A DNA stretch of 62,393 nucleotides from Candidatus Muiribacteriota bacterium (GTDB lineage: Bacteria; Muiribacteriota; DAOVTB01). Location of the stretch: contig DAOVTB010000004.1 of NCBI GenBank assembly GCA_030633305.1, positions 1 through 62,393 on the forward strand, given 5' to 3'. Below, piece after piece: positions 19,768-28,628 of this stretch. Made by a program: the position numbers and the translations under genes. Each line of letters begins with the position of its first letter. Position 1 is the first letter of the stretch. The notes beneath the pieces are model-generated. The model saw nothing but the letters and a program-made list of their open reading frames with translations, did no database searches and was not told the origin of the DNA.

Positions 19768-22131
19768 ATGAAAAAATATACTACTTTGAATTCTAATTCA
19801 TACCGTGCTTCAGCGTTGATGCTCGTTCTTATTATTGTAGCAATTGTTAGCATATTCGCGCTAATGATTGCAAATATGAGTTCTGGTGAGAGAACACTTA
19901 TTGAAAAAAGTCTCAAAATGTGCAAAACTCAGAATCTTTTTGACGCATTCATGAAGATCATTATTCCTATGATTCGGGGGGAATTGAAGGATCAAAATTC
20001 AACGTTGTATAAAGAACTCTATCTTGAACTTGTTAAAAGCCAGAGCGAATTCACCAAAAATACTTCTTTTACAATAGATATAAAAAATTCTATCTTTTTC
20101 AATACAAATGCCAAACCATCTTCACAGACACAGAGAAAAGTTTTACTTGATAGGTTACTACAAGATTATGGTGGCCAAAGTTCCTTAAATAAACTTGACC
20201 TCTCAATCAATATTAATCCGAAAAAATTTGACTATTATACCAATGTATATTTTAAAGAAGACAGGGAAAAATTTGGAAGTCTGCTTTTCACACTTTCAGT
20301 AGATTTAAATGGAGAAGCCCATTCTCAGCAATTTTTCTGTGATGTAAAAGTTGTATGCAGGATCCCGGAATTGCTTGGAAAATTCAACCTGCTAATAAGA
20401 AATGCACTTGACAGTAATATTGCTTATCCAAAAATGGAGGATAGAAAAAACAGATTTAATCTTTTTGTTAATGCTCCTGAAGCTAATAGTCTTTCTAATA
20501 AATGTAATGTCTTTTACCTTACAAACGGAGATTCTAAAAAAAATGGGCTCAGATGGCTCCACGACTACGGCGGGGATGTAAAAAATACTGCACCGGCACA
20601 AAAAAAACTTTTTAATGATATTATCAACACTTTTGGATGGATATACCTTGGGACACACTATCAGGGAAAAGCATCTGAACTTTACCTGAAAGCAACTTAT
20701 GGTGAAGGAAATATAAACGCCAGTGAAGATTTTCTGTTCTATATGCAGAATCCTGATTTCAATAAAAATGATCCGCAAAACCCTGAAAGAATGTTAAAAG
20801 ATGGTAATTTCAAGCATGATTACTGGGAAGTCCGCAACTGGAAAATGGGTATTTGCAGATTAAAAGATACAAGATATCACAAATTTTTTGCATCATATTA
20901 TGATGCAAATGAAGAAGCCTTTAATTCAAGTTTTCTTCACCTTTTTGGAATGCCACCAGGCAAAAATGGCGGAGGAATATCTCCAACACTTGTTCTTGGA
21001 AAAATCAGCTCAATAGGACTGAAATTTGCAGGGGCAGCTTTAAACTATGATGTAGTTACAGCAGATACCACAGGAGTATTACAGCAAAGAATTGATAAAA
21101 TAGTCACATACGGTACACCTGCACCACCAAATGCTGCAACAAGTTTCCCATGGACTCCATTACCTCTTTGCCACGACTACAGTTCTTTTACAGCAATTGA
21201 AAATATTGTGGATCCCGGTAGTAAAGATATTTTCAAATTTTTCATGGAAGATGCTACAAGTAATGAGTTTACACCAAAAACTAGTGGATTCCCTAAAATG
21301 GCAATGAACAATTACCCGAAACCAGGGACTTCTCCTCCCTCTTCATCAGGTCCAGGCTACAGTACTTTGATGTCTCAGTTTTTCCACAAAGTGTATAACG
21401 AAAATATTGATTATATTATTACTGGAAATTCCTTTAAGGAACCAACAAAAACATTACCAGACAGGTTTTACTATCGTCATGATGAGGATATACATCTGGC
21501 ACCCCCAAAACATCTGCCTCTTAAAAATCAAAATGTAGTTCTTCATAAAATTTTAAAAAACCAGTCTGAATTGGATAATTTTCTGTTACCTAAAGTTGCA
21601 TGGAATTTTAAGGATCAGGATTTTACAACGAGTTTGTCTTCAAAAGGACTATTGTATGTAAGACCTAATTCTCAACCTGTTGAAAATGTATTGACTCTTG
21701 ATGGCATCATTCAGTTCAAAGGTGATATAACCCTGGAAAACATCTGTGTCGAACGTGGCGGAATGATCATAACCGACGGTAATATCTATCTGAAGGGTAA
21801 TATCAGGCAATGGGGATCGCAAAATAGTTCAAGCGAATTACTTGTTTTATACACGACAAATGGGGATATCAAAATCCAGACCAAAAATGGCCAATCTGAA
21901 ATATGGGCTTCCCTTTTAGCACCAAACGGAACAATTACAACTGATGGAATCCTGAGTATTTATGGAAATGCGGTCATGGATCATTTACACTTTAGAAGTG
22001 GCTCTTACATAACTGGATTTGCAAAATACGGTGGAACGCTTGATTATAATTCTAAGCTTGGAATTCTACCTAACAATAAGGATTATCATAAGACTTTCAT
22101 GCTTTCTTTTAATGAGGCAATGTACAAATGA
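19768..22131 (+). CDS. PilX/GspK-like large minor pilin
   Basis: N-terminal RASALMLVLIIVAIVSIF (PilX-like, no E5); C-terminal GDI/GNI beta-helix-like repeats; coupled to two prepilin genes. Confidence 0.65.
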   Translation: MKKYTTLNSNSYRASALMLVLIIVAIVSIFALMIANMSSGERTLIEKSLKMCKTQNLFDAFMKIIIPMIRGELKDQNSTLYKELYLELVKSQSEFTKNTSFTIDIKNSIFFNTNAKPSSQTQRKVLLDRLLQDYGGQSSLNKLDLSININPKKFDYYTNVYFKEDREKFGSLLFTLSVDLNGEAHSQQFFCDVKVVCRIPELLGKFNLLIRNALDSNIAYPKMEDRKNRFNLFVNAPEANSLSNKCNVFYLTNGDSKKNGLRWLHDYGGDVKNTAPAQKKLFNDIINTFGWIYLGTHYQGKASELYLKATYGEGNINASEDFLFYMQNPDFNKNDPQNPERMLKDGNFKHDYWEVRNWKMGICRLKDTRYHKFFASYYDANEEAFNSSFLHLFGMPPGKNGGGISPTLVLGKISSIGLKFAGAALNYDVVTADTTGVLQQRIDKIVTYGTPAPPNAATSFPWTPLPLCHDYSSFTAIENIVDPGSKDIFKFFMEDATSNEFTPKTSGFPKMAMNNYPKPGTSPPSSSGPGYSTLMSQFFHKVYNENIDYIITGNSFKEPTKTLPDRFYYRHDEDIHLAPPKHLPLKNQNVVLHKILKNQSELDNFLLPKVAWNFKDQDFTTSLSSKGLLYVRPNSQPVENVLTLDGIIQFKGDITLENICVERGGMIITDGNIYLKGNIRQWGSQNSSSELLVLYTTNGDIKIQTKNGQSEIWASLLAPNGTITTDGILSIYGNAVMDHLHFRSGSYITGFAKYGGTLDYNSKLGILPNNKDYHKTFMLSFNEAMYK

Positions 22132-22613
22132 GTACATATATTAGAAAAAGGGGACTTTCACTTGTTGAAATTATTATAGCAATGACAATTATGATCATGC
22201 TTATTGTACCAATATATAACCTTCTTTCAGTCTCACAACGAGGTGTCCACCAGAGTGCAGGACGGCTTCAAAGTAAAATTTACTCCTCAGACCTCATGGA
22301 TTTACTTGTAAGTCTGACCTTTGATGATCTTCCTCCATACAGTTCTTCTACCAGCTGGAATGGAGATAGTGAAAAATTGTATAAATTGCTGAATACCAAA
22401 TTAGGACCAAAAATTTTTGGAGCACTGACGGTGAAAGATATTTTTGATGTGGATAAAGAATATAATCGAAAAATATCAATTGAAAGTTATAATTATCAGG
22501 ATGATCCGGTTCAAATTAATTTTTTTTATAAAATCATACGCGTATCTACTACATACAAAAATAAAAAAGGGAAAAGTACAAACTTTACCCTGACTAATAT
22601 GGTAAAAAAATGA
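22128..22613 (+). CDS. Type IV prepilin-like protein
   Basis: RKRG/LSLVEIIIAM class III signal with E5. Confidence 0.85.
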   Translation: MSTYIRKRGLSLVEIIIAMTIMIMLIVPIYNLLSVSQRGVHQSAGRLQSKIYSSDLMDLLVSLTFDDLPPYSSSTSWNGDSEKLYKLLNTKLGPKIFGALTVKDIFDVDKEYNRKISIESYNYQDDPVQINFFYKIIRVSTTYKNKKGKSTNFTLTNMVKK

Positions 22614-23176
22614 TTAAAAAATATTTAAGAAGTTTTAGTTTGATTGAGATTCTCGTTGGAATGAGTATCCTTGCAGTTATGTCCATCGGAATCTATAGTT
22701 TTTCTACAAATAGTCAGAAAACTGTAACCAAAAGTGCTAATCTAATTAATTTCATGCAAAGTTTTGCAAGATTGTTGCTGTATTATGAAAAAGATTCTAT
22801 GAGGGCAATCCTTCCGGCTGATCTACAAAAAAATCTTTCTTCATTTCAGAATACTTATGATGCAAAAAATTTTGAAGTAAAAAATAATGGTGTAAAAACA
22901 AAAGTGGAATATATTTATGATAAAAAAAAGGGGACATTGACACGAAAAGGTGGAAATGGAAAAAAAACGGTTTTGTTTGACTCTGGATTGTCTGAATTAA
23001 AAATGAATCCGTTTATCCTGTACTATACTTCTACAGTTCCAGGATATCGCCCTGGTGTTTTTGTTTCAGCTACTTATAAAGAAAGAGATAAAGTTGTCAA
23101 GACGCTAAAGAGAATTATTTTTTTTAAATACAATAAAGATGTTCAGGACACATACAATTCCTGGAAATATCAATAA
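22610..23176 (+). CDS. Type IV prepilin-like protein (PilW/GspJ-like)
   Basis: LRS/FSLIEILVGM class III-like signal with Ser at -1; ATGA overlap with the previous gene. Confidence 0.8.
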   Translation: MIKKYLRSFSLIEILVGMSILAVMSIGIYSFSTNSQKTVTKSANLINFMQSFARLLLYYEKDSMRAILPADLQKNLSSFQNTYDAKNFEVKNNGVKTKVEYIYDKKKGTLTRKGGNGKKTVLFDSGLSELKMNPFILYYTSTVPGYRPGVFVSATYKERDKVVKTLKRIIFFKYNKDVQDTYNSWKYQ

Positions 23177-23189
23177 GGGAGTATTAAAT

Positions 23190-23609
23190 ATGAGAAAGAT
23201 CTCAATTTTTTTAGCACTATTTTTTATATGTTGTACTTTAATGGCTGATTTAGCACCAGTTACTATCATGCAAGGCACTCCAGCAGACTGTCTATATAAC
23301 ATTTCTAAAACAGTTTATGGAACTCCAAGTTTATGGCGCGCAATAATGGATTATAATCCAAGCATAACAGATGAGACAAAAATACCTAATGGAATGTTAA
23401 TAAAAATTCCTGACAAGAGTGTCGCAGAGCAATTAATGAATGCTACAACTCCTGCTGAAAAACAGGCTATAATTGCTGCGGCCAGCACTGGTACCGTACC
23501 AGCCACTCCTCCACCGACAACTACAGGACCAGCTCCTAAAGTATATCCTGATCCTGACAGTCCTCCATACAACATTGAACGGGCATTTGGATCAAAAAAA
23601 GTTAACTAA
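23190..23609 (+). CDS. Secreted LysM-domain protein with Pro/Thr-rich tail
   Basis: Start at ATG 23190 (AAGGGAG RBS); signal peptide; DCLYNISKTVYG...WRAIMDYN...IPNGMLIKIP LysM pattern. Confidence 0.8.
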   Translation: MRKISIFLALFFICCTLMADLAPVTIMQGTPADCLYNISKTVYGTPSLWRAIMDYNPSITDETKIPNGMLIKIPDKSVAEQLMNATTPAEKQAIIAAASTGTVPATPPPTTTGPAPKVYPDPDSPPYNIERAFGSKKVN

Positions 23610-23613
23610 ATTC

Positions 23614-23688
23614 ACATACTGACTGTACGGTGCCAGCGTCTCTCGTTGGACTCGTCTCTAATAAGAGACCTGGACACCGCATTGCATA
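23614..23688 (+). repeat. Family D palindromic element
   Basis: ACATAC..CTGTACGGTGCCAG...CTGGACACCGC..GCATA; reverse-complement homolog at 26679-26753. Confidence 0.8.
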
Positions 23689-23891
23689 TCTATTTTTAAT
23701 TAATAGCAATTTTAATCCAATCTAGTTCTGAGATACCATACCATTATAGTTAATTGAACAAAAAAGTAGCCTTGACCATCGTCATTATTTATCATTAGTG
23801 TGTTACTTGGAATAACAATTTTTTTAATTGCTACATAGCCTTAGAACCCTTTTCCTATTTCCTTTTTTTCTTTATCTTATTAATATCCATA

Positions 23892-24019
23892 TCCTGCGTT
23901 CTGAAAGAGATGAAGGTTGGAATTTTCAAATCAATTTATGCTGACGTGTACTCTTTTTGTACTTCGCAAGCATAAATTAATGCTGTAAATTTCAAGATTC
24001 GCTCATTCAGGACGCAGGA
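23892..24019 (-). repeat. Family A structured element, full copy
   Basis: Terminal inverted arms TCCTGCGT(T/C)CTGAA; conserved TGAGCGAATCTTG and CCAACCTTCATCTC on the minus strand. Confidence 0.9.
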
Positions 24020-24028
24020 ATATATTGT

Positions 24029-24057
24029 TTGACTTTGTGACAATATATATTTATAAT
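24029..24057 (+). promoter_or_regulatory. Sigma70-type promoter of secDF
   Basis: TTGACT-17 nt-TATAAT upstream of the GGAGG RBS. Confidence 0.7.
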
Positions 24058-24105
24058 ATCAAAATAATTTTTATTAATATAAACGTTTCAGGAGGAATAG
24101 TATTA

Positions 24106-25677
24106 ATGAATAAAGCACAAAAATTTGGGATATCAGTTTCAATTCTGGTTCTCATACTGGCAATGTGGATTGCTTTTCCATTAGACAAAAAACTTACATT
24201 GGGACTTGATCTCAAGGGTGGACTGGACCTTGTTCTGGCAGTCGATACTGAAAAGCTCAGAGAGAGTACACTTAACAAACTCAAGATAAAGCTTAAAAGT
24301 GAATTTGTTACAAAAACCCTTCCGGGTGTTGTAATAAAAACAAATAAAGCAAAAGATCCTAACAGTTTATTTCTGGATATTTCAAAACTTGAACAGAAAC
24401 ATCGCGTTCAACTTGAAACAATTTTGGATAAGGTAGAAAAAATAACAGTTAAGGGAAGCTGCAATACTGATAACAATATTATTGTAACACTCTCTTTAAA
24501 AAATTCTGAATCACAGGCACTTGATAAAGCACTTTTGATCATAAGAAACAGGATTAACCAATTTGGAGTTGCAGAACCACTAATCAAAAAAGTTGAAGGA
24601 CGAAATAGAATTCAAATACAGCTTCCTGGAATAAAAAATGCTTCCAAAGCTGTTGATTTAATTAGAAAAACAGGGTTTTTACAATTTAATCTTGTAAAAA
24701 GAATTGTTTCAAGTCCCATTCAGGCACAAGCAACAATGGATGAGGAAACTGAAATATTACTAAAAGAAGAAAGAGTCACAAGAAGAGATGGTAAAAAAAC
24801 TGTTGAAAAAATCTGGTACATACTTGAAAAGGATCCTGCAATGACTGGTGATAAATTATCTGATGCCAGACAGGGTTTTGGTGGAATGACTGGATCAGAA
24901 GCATTGGTATACCTTACCTTTTCAGGTGAAGGTGCAGTTGAATTTGCAAATGTAACCAGTAAAAATGTGAAAAAACAGCTTGCTATCATACTTGATGGGA
25001 AAATTAAAAGTGCTCCATCAATCAAGCAACCTATTATGGACGGAAGTGCTGTAATTGAAGGTCGTTTCTCACTTGAAGAAGCAAAAACTCTTGCTATGGT
25101 CTTAAAATGCGGTTCCCTTCCGGCTCCAGTTAAAATTCTTGAAACAAGGATTGTAGGTCCTACTTTAGGTGCAGAATCAATTAAACGCGGAGTAATGGCA
25201 ATACTCTTTGGATTTCTTGCTGTCATGATATATATGATTGTCTATTACAAATTTCTTGGTATACTTTCTGTTTTTGCACTGTTTTTCAACCTCACACTCC
25301 TAGCGGCTGGACTCGCTATTTTTGAAGCAACATTAACACTCCCCGGAATTGCAGGTATTATTCTTACAATTGGTATGGCTGTCGATGCAAATGTTATCAT
25401 TTTTGAAAGAATCAAAGAGGAACTAAGGGCAGGAAAAACTCTTCGAGCTTCCATAGAAGCCGGATTTCGAAAAGCATTCATTACTATTTTCGATGCAAAC
25501 ATAACAACATTACTTACTGCTTTTGTACTTTTTCAAGTTGGTTCAGGACCAGTAAAAGGATTTGCAGTTACTCTAGCCCTTGGTATTTTAGCCAGTATGT
25601 TTACAGCATTATATGTTGTTAAATTCTTTATACTGGGTATTGTTAATATCAGAAAATTGAAAAGTCTTAACATTTAA
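24106..25677 (+). CDS. secD: Protein translocase subunit SecD
   Basis: LGLDLKGG, RINQFGVAEP, VGPTLG, TLPGIAGIILTIGMAVDANVIIFERIKEE; start at ATG 24106 with GGAGG RBS. Confidence 0.97.
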   Translation: MNKAQKFGISVSILVLILAMWIAFPLDKKLTLGLDLKGGLDLVLAVDTEKLRESTLNKLKIKLKSEFVTKTLPGVVIKTNKAKDPNSLFLDISKLEQKHRVQLETILDKVEKITVKGSCNTDNNIIVTLSLKNSESQALDKALLIIRNRINQFGVAEPLIKKVEGRNRIQIQLPGIKNASKAVDLIRKTGFLQFNLVKRIVSSPIQAQATMDEETEILLKEERVTRRDGKKTVEKIWYILEKDPAMTGDKLSDARQGFGGMTGSEALVYLTFSGEGAVEFANVTSKNVKKQLAIILDGKIKSAPSIKQPIMDGSAVIEGRFSLEEAKTLAMVLKCGSLPAPVKILETRIVGPTLGAESIKRGVMAILFGFLAVMIYMIVYYKFLGILSVFALFFNLTLLAAGLAIFEATLTLPGIAGIILTIGMAVDANVIIFERIKEELRAGKTLRASIEAGFRKAFITIFDANITTLLTAFVLFQVGSGPVKGFAVTLALGILASMFTALYVVKFFILGIVNIRKLKSLNI

Positions 25678-25704
25678 TAATTTATATATCCGGAGGATTC
25701 AAAA

Positions 25705-26613
25705 ATGACGAAGCAGATTGATTTTCAAGGAAAAAAGCACATTGCGATTGGAATTTCGGTAATTCTTATTGTAATAGCTGCAATTTCTATTTTCACAAAA
25801 GGATTAAATTTCGGTATTGACTTCAAAGGTGGAAGTCTTTTGCAGATACAGTTTCCAGTTGAAAAAAAGATAACTGAAAAAAAGATAAGACCAATTTTGG
25901 AAAACCCTGAATTTGGCTTAAAAGCAACTCAAATCTTAATTCAAAAATTATATGATATAAATGGTTCACACAATGGACAATTTCTTGTAAATACTCAGGA
26001 ATTAAGTCCTGATCTCAGAAAAAAAATAGTCTCTGCCTTAAAGAGTAAAATTGGTATGTCTGATATTCTTCGTGAAGAAAATGTAGGACCTGCAATCGGG
26101 AAAGAATTACGTGGTCAAGCCGTTAAAGCTATTCTAGCTTCACTTATTCTTATTTTATTCTATATATGGTACAGATTTGAATTCAAATTCGCTGTTGGTG
26201 CTGTAGTTGCATTATTACATGATATTACAATAACATTGGGAATCTTTTCATTGTTTGGAAAAGAAATTTCTATTCCTGTAATTGCTGGTTTCTTAACCAT
26301 TATCGGTTATTCATTGAATGACACGATTGTTATTTGTGACAGAATCAGGGAAAATATGAAACTGATTAGAAAAATGAACTTTCAGGATCTCGTCAACAAA
26401 TCTATCAACCAATCATTAACAAGAACAATCAATACATCATTGACTACATTCTTTCCAGTTTTGATTCTCTGGTGGTTTGGTGGAGCAGTTCTTGAGAATT
26501 TCGCTCTGTCACTCCTGATTGGTGTTGTTATAGGTACATATTCTTCAATTTACATTGTTTCTCCAATCGTTATAGGATGGAGAAACCTTGAACTTGCAGA
26601 AACTAAAAAATAG
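25705..26613 (+). CDS. secF: Protein translocase subunit SecF
   Basis: GIDFKGG, VGPAIG, LLHD, IGYSLNDTIVICDRIRE, RTINTS. Confidence 0.97.
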   Translation: MTKQIDFQGKKHIAIGISVILIVIAAISIFTKGLNFGIDFKGGSLLQIQFPVEKKITEKKIRPILENPEFGLKATQILIQKLYDINGSHNGQFLVNTQELSPDLRKKIVSALKSKIGMSDILREENVGPAIGKELRGQAVKAILASLILILFYIWYRFEFKFAVGAVVALLHDITITLGIFSLFGKEISIPVIAGFLTIIGYSLNDTIVICDRIRENMKLIRKMNFQDLVNKSINQSLTRTINTSLTTFFPVLILWWFGGAVLENFALSLLIGVVIGTYSSIYIVSPIVIGWRNLELAETKK

Positions 26614-26630
26614 ATTTTAATTTTTCATAT

Positions 26631-26662
26631 AAAAGGGGATCTTAATCGATTCCCTTTTTTTT
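26631..26662 (+). terminator. Intrinsic terminator after secF (possibly bidirectional)
   Basis: AAAAGGGGATC-loop-GATTCCCTTTTTTTT. Confidence 0.75.
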
Positions 26663-26678
26663 ATGCCCGAAATTTTGG

Positions 26679-26753
26679 TATGCGGCGCGGTGTCCAGGTT
26701 TCATTTGAGAAACGAAATCCAGCGAGAAACCTGGCACCGTACAGCGCGTATGT
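26679..26753 (-). repeat. Family D palindromic element
   Basis: Reverse complement aligns with 23614-23688. Confidence 0.8.
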
Positions 26754-26792
26754 AGTTTTTTTATGGTAATTAGATATTAATTATTTGATCTC

Positions 26793-26818
26793 GGACAGGC
26801 ACAGGGGCCTGTCCCTAC
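26793..26818 (-). repeat. GTAG-type REP-like palindrome
   Basis: Minus strand reads GTAG-GGACAGGC-CCCTGT-GCCTGTCC. Confidence 0.75.
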
Positions 26819-26839
26819 TTTCTTTTTTTTCTAACTGTT

Positions 26840-27289
26840 TCAGGACGCTGAAAAGTTCATTTGCATTTCTACTATACTTCCACCCTCAGGCGAAGGAGTA
26901 ATTTCAAAAGAATCCATAAAGTTTTTCATAAGGAAAATACCACGACCTCGAAATCGAAAGATATCTTCTTTTCTATTAGGTTTATATTCTACGTACTCCT
27001 CTTTACAAAAACCGATTCCATAATCAATGATCCGTACTTTCAATGTCCGATTTTCTACAAGGAATTCAATATCTACACTTTTTTCAGTATTTTCTCCATC
27101 ATAACCATGTTCAATACAGTTATTATATGCTTCAACAAGGGAACTGACTATTTCATTTTCCGCCTCTCCAATAAATTCAAATTTATAAACCAGCGTTTCA
27201 AAAATCTTGATAATTAATGATAGCATCGCATAAGTTGCAGGAACTGATATTTTTACTAAATCACATTTTCTATCTTTTTCCAAATCCAT
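26840..27289 (-). CDS. RsbW/SpoIIAB-like anti-sigma factor kinase (HATPase_c)
   Basis: EAYNNCIEHG (N box), DYGIGF (G1), GRGIFLMKNFMD (G2). Confidence 0.88.
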   Translation of the reverse strand: MDLEKDRKCDLVKISVPATYAMLSLIIKIFETLVYKFEFIGEAENEIVSSLVEAYNNCIEHGYDGENTEKSVDIEFLVENRTLKVRIIDYGIGFCKEEYVEYKPNRKEDIFRFRGRGIFLMKNFMDSFEITPSPEGGSIVEMQMNFSAS

Positions 27290-27421
27290 ACTCCCCTGTT
27301 TTAAGGCTTTTTTATAGTTTAAGATCTGTCAAATTTCTATCATGTCATTAACAAAGGCATTTGTTTCAGACACTTTCACTTTTTTATAAGCTTTTCCATT
27401 TTGTTTGATAAATTCAACATT

Positions 27422-27656
27422 TTATCCACAATTATTTTTTACTATTCAAGTCCTAAAACTCTATATAAGAAAAGGTTTTCGCATTTCTAATTACTTATCC
27501 ACATTATCCACAATGGTTCAGGAAATCATCTAACAAACTTGCAATTCGTAAAAATTTAAAAATGGATAAGTCCCTACTAATAATACACTTCAGCTTTTTG
27601 GATGTCAATTTTGTTTTGATATTTCAGATTTTATTTTTTTCCACAGCCGTGGATAA
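27422..27656. promoter_or_regulatory. DnaA-box cluster distant from dnaA
   Basis: Perfect TTATCCACA at 27422-27430, 27495-27503 and 27504-27512; near-matches around 27561 and 27637-27656. Confidence 0.75.
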
Positions 27657-28273
27657 CTTTTCGGTGTTGAAAATTTTTTGTCAATTATTACCAAAACACC
27701 TTTAAACAATGCATCGTTTTTCATCAAATTATAATATAATACTTTACTAAGTCTTCCACCAATTTTTTTTAGCAGATCTTGAGATTCTTCTAATTCATTC
27801 TCATATTGAGTTAAAGACTTAAAAGCCATAAGACGGCCATTTTTTTTTAATACTGGGAGTGATACTTCAATCAGAGTTCTAAGATGCGAGAACGCTCGGC
27901 AAACAGCGATATCAAATGGTCCAGGATGATTGCCTGTCCTGTACTCTTCAGCACGGGTTCGAATCACAGTAAGATTTTCTAGTACGAGATTATTTTTACA
28001 ATCTGTTAAAAAATCTGTTTTCTTTTTATTACTTTCAACTGCGCAGAAATTTACTTCCGGAAAAACAATGGATAACGGTATTACTGGAAAACCGCCTCCA
28101 GAACCGATATCAATAACTTTATTTCCTTTTGAAAGCAGGTTATTATCCTTAAAGACTGTTATTGAATCATCAATATGGAATTTAATTTCTTCTGATTTTG
28201 ACACCAGATTATGGAGTGATGAATTGATTAGTTCAGAGTACTTTTCAAATTTTGATTCAGTATCCATTTTCAT
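27605..28273 (-). CDS. rsmG: 16S rRNA m7G527 methyltransferase RsmG (GidB)
   Basis: HIDDS, DIGSGGGFPVIPL, VESNKKK, RAEE, CRAF, TPKSYPR; start at ATG 28273 with AGGAG RBS. Confidence 0.95.
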   Translation of the reverse strand: MKMDTESKFEKYSELINSSLHNLVSKSEEIKFHIDDSITVFKDNNLLSKGNKVIDIGSGGGFPVIPLSIVFPEVNFCAVESNKKKTDFLTDCKNNLVLENLTVIRTRAEEYRTGNHPGPFDIAVCRAFSHLRTLIEVSLPVLKKNGRLMAFKSLTQYENELEESQDLLKKIGGRLSKVLYYNLMKNDALFKGVLVIIDKKFSTPKSYPRLWKKIKSEISKQN

Positions 28274-28317
28274 ATTTATTCTCCTTGTAATATAAATCAT
28301 CTGGCTCAGGGGTCAAC

Positions 28318-28333
28318 TGTTTCACACGAAACA
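28318..28333. promoter_or_regulatory. parS-like site
   Basis: TGTTTCACACGAAACA matches the consensus TGTTTCACGTGAAACA at 14/16 positions; origin-proximal. Confidence 0.55.
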
Positions 28334-28371
28334 TTTCATGTGCATGAACTTCAGGTATGCGTCATTATAAC

Positions 28372-28430
28372 GGGTCAGGGCACATTGAATTTTTTTGAAC
28401 ATCAAAGAAAATTCAAGTCCTTCTGACCCC
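28372..28430. repeat. Family B palindromic element
   Basis: GGGTCAGGG...GAATTTTTTTGA..TCAAAGAAAATTC...CTTCTGACCCC; a left-end fragment also lies at 28299-28316. Confidence 0.8.
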
Positions 28431-28505
28431 ATCTATATTGATATTAATTATTCTTTCCTTTCACTTTTATTCTATTTTTTTCCTCATTTTTTCTTTTTAC
28501 TAATC

Positions 28506-28628
28506 TGCGTTCTGAATGAGATGGAGGTTGGATTTTCTCTGTATTTGGAAAAGCCAAGGCGCACTCTTCTGTGCGTTGAGGTTTGTACGTAACACAGAAA
28601 AATACAAGATTCGCTCATTCAGGACGCA
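28506..28628 (-). repeat. Family A structured element, full copy overlapping the mnmG stop codon
   Basis: TGCGTCCTGAATGAGCGAATCTTG...CCAACCTCCATCTCATTCAGAACGCA on the minus strand. Confidence 0.9.

Noticed and set aside
24720-25502. Antisense ORFs within secD, and similar shadow ORFs opposite rnf, gyrA, gyrB, yidC and mnmG
   Set aside because: Fully overlap well-supported genes on the other strand and show no motifs.
27300-27420. Coding-looking minus-strand stretch upstream of the RsbW-like gene (possible anti-anti-sigma remnant)
   Set aside because: About 30 codons bounded by stops, with no suitable start and no STAS motif.
28395-28592. 65-aa plus-strand ORF between rsmG and mnmG
   Set aside because: Made of family B and family A repeat sequence and a T-rich tract.
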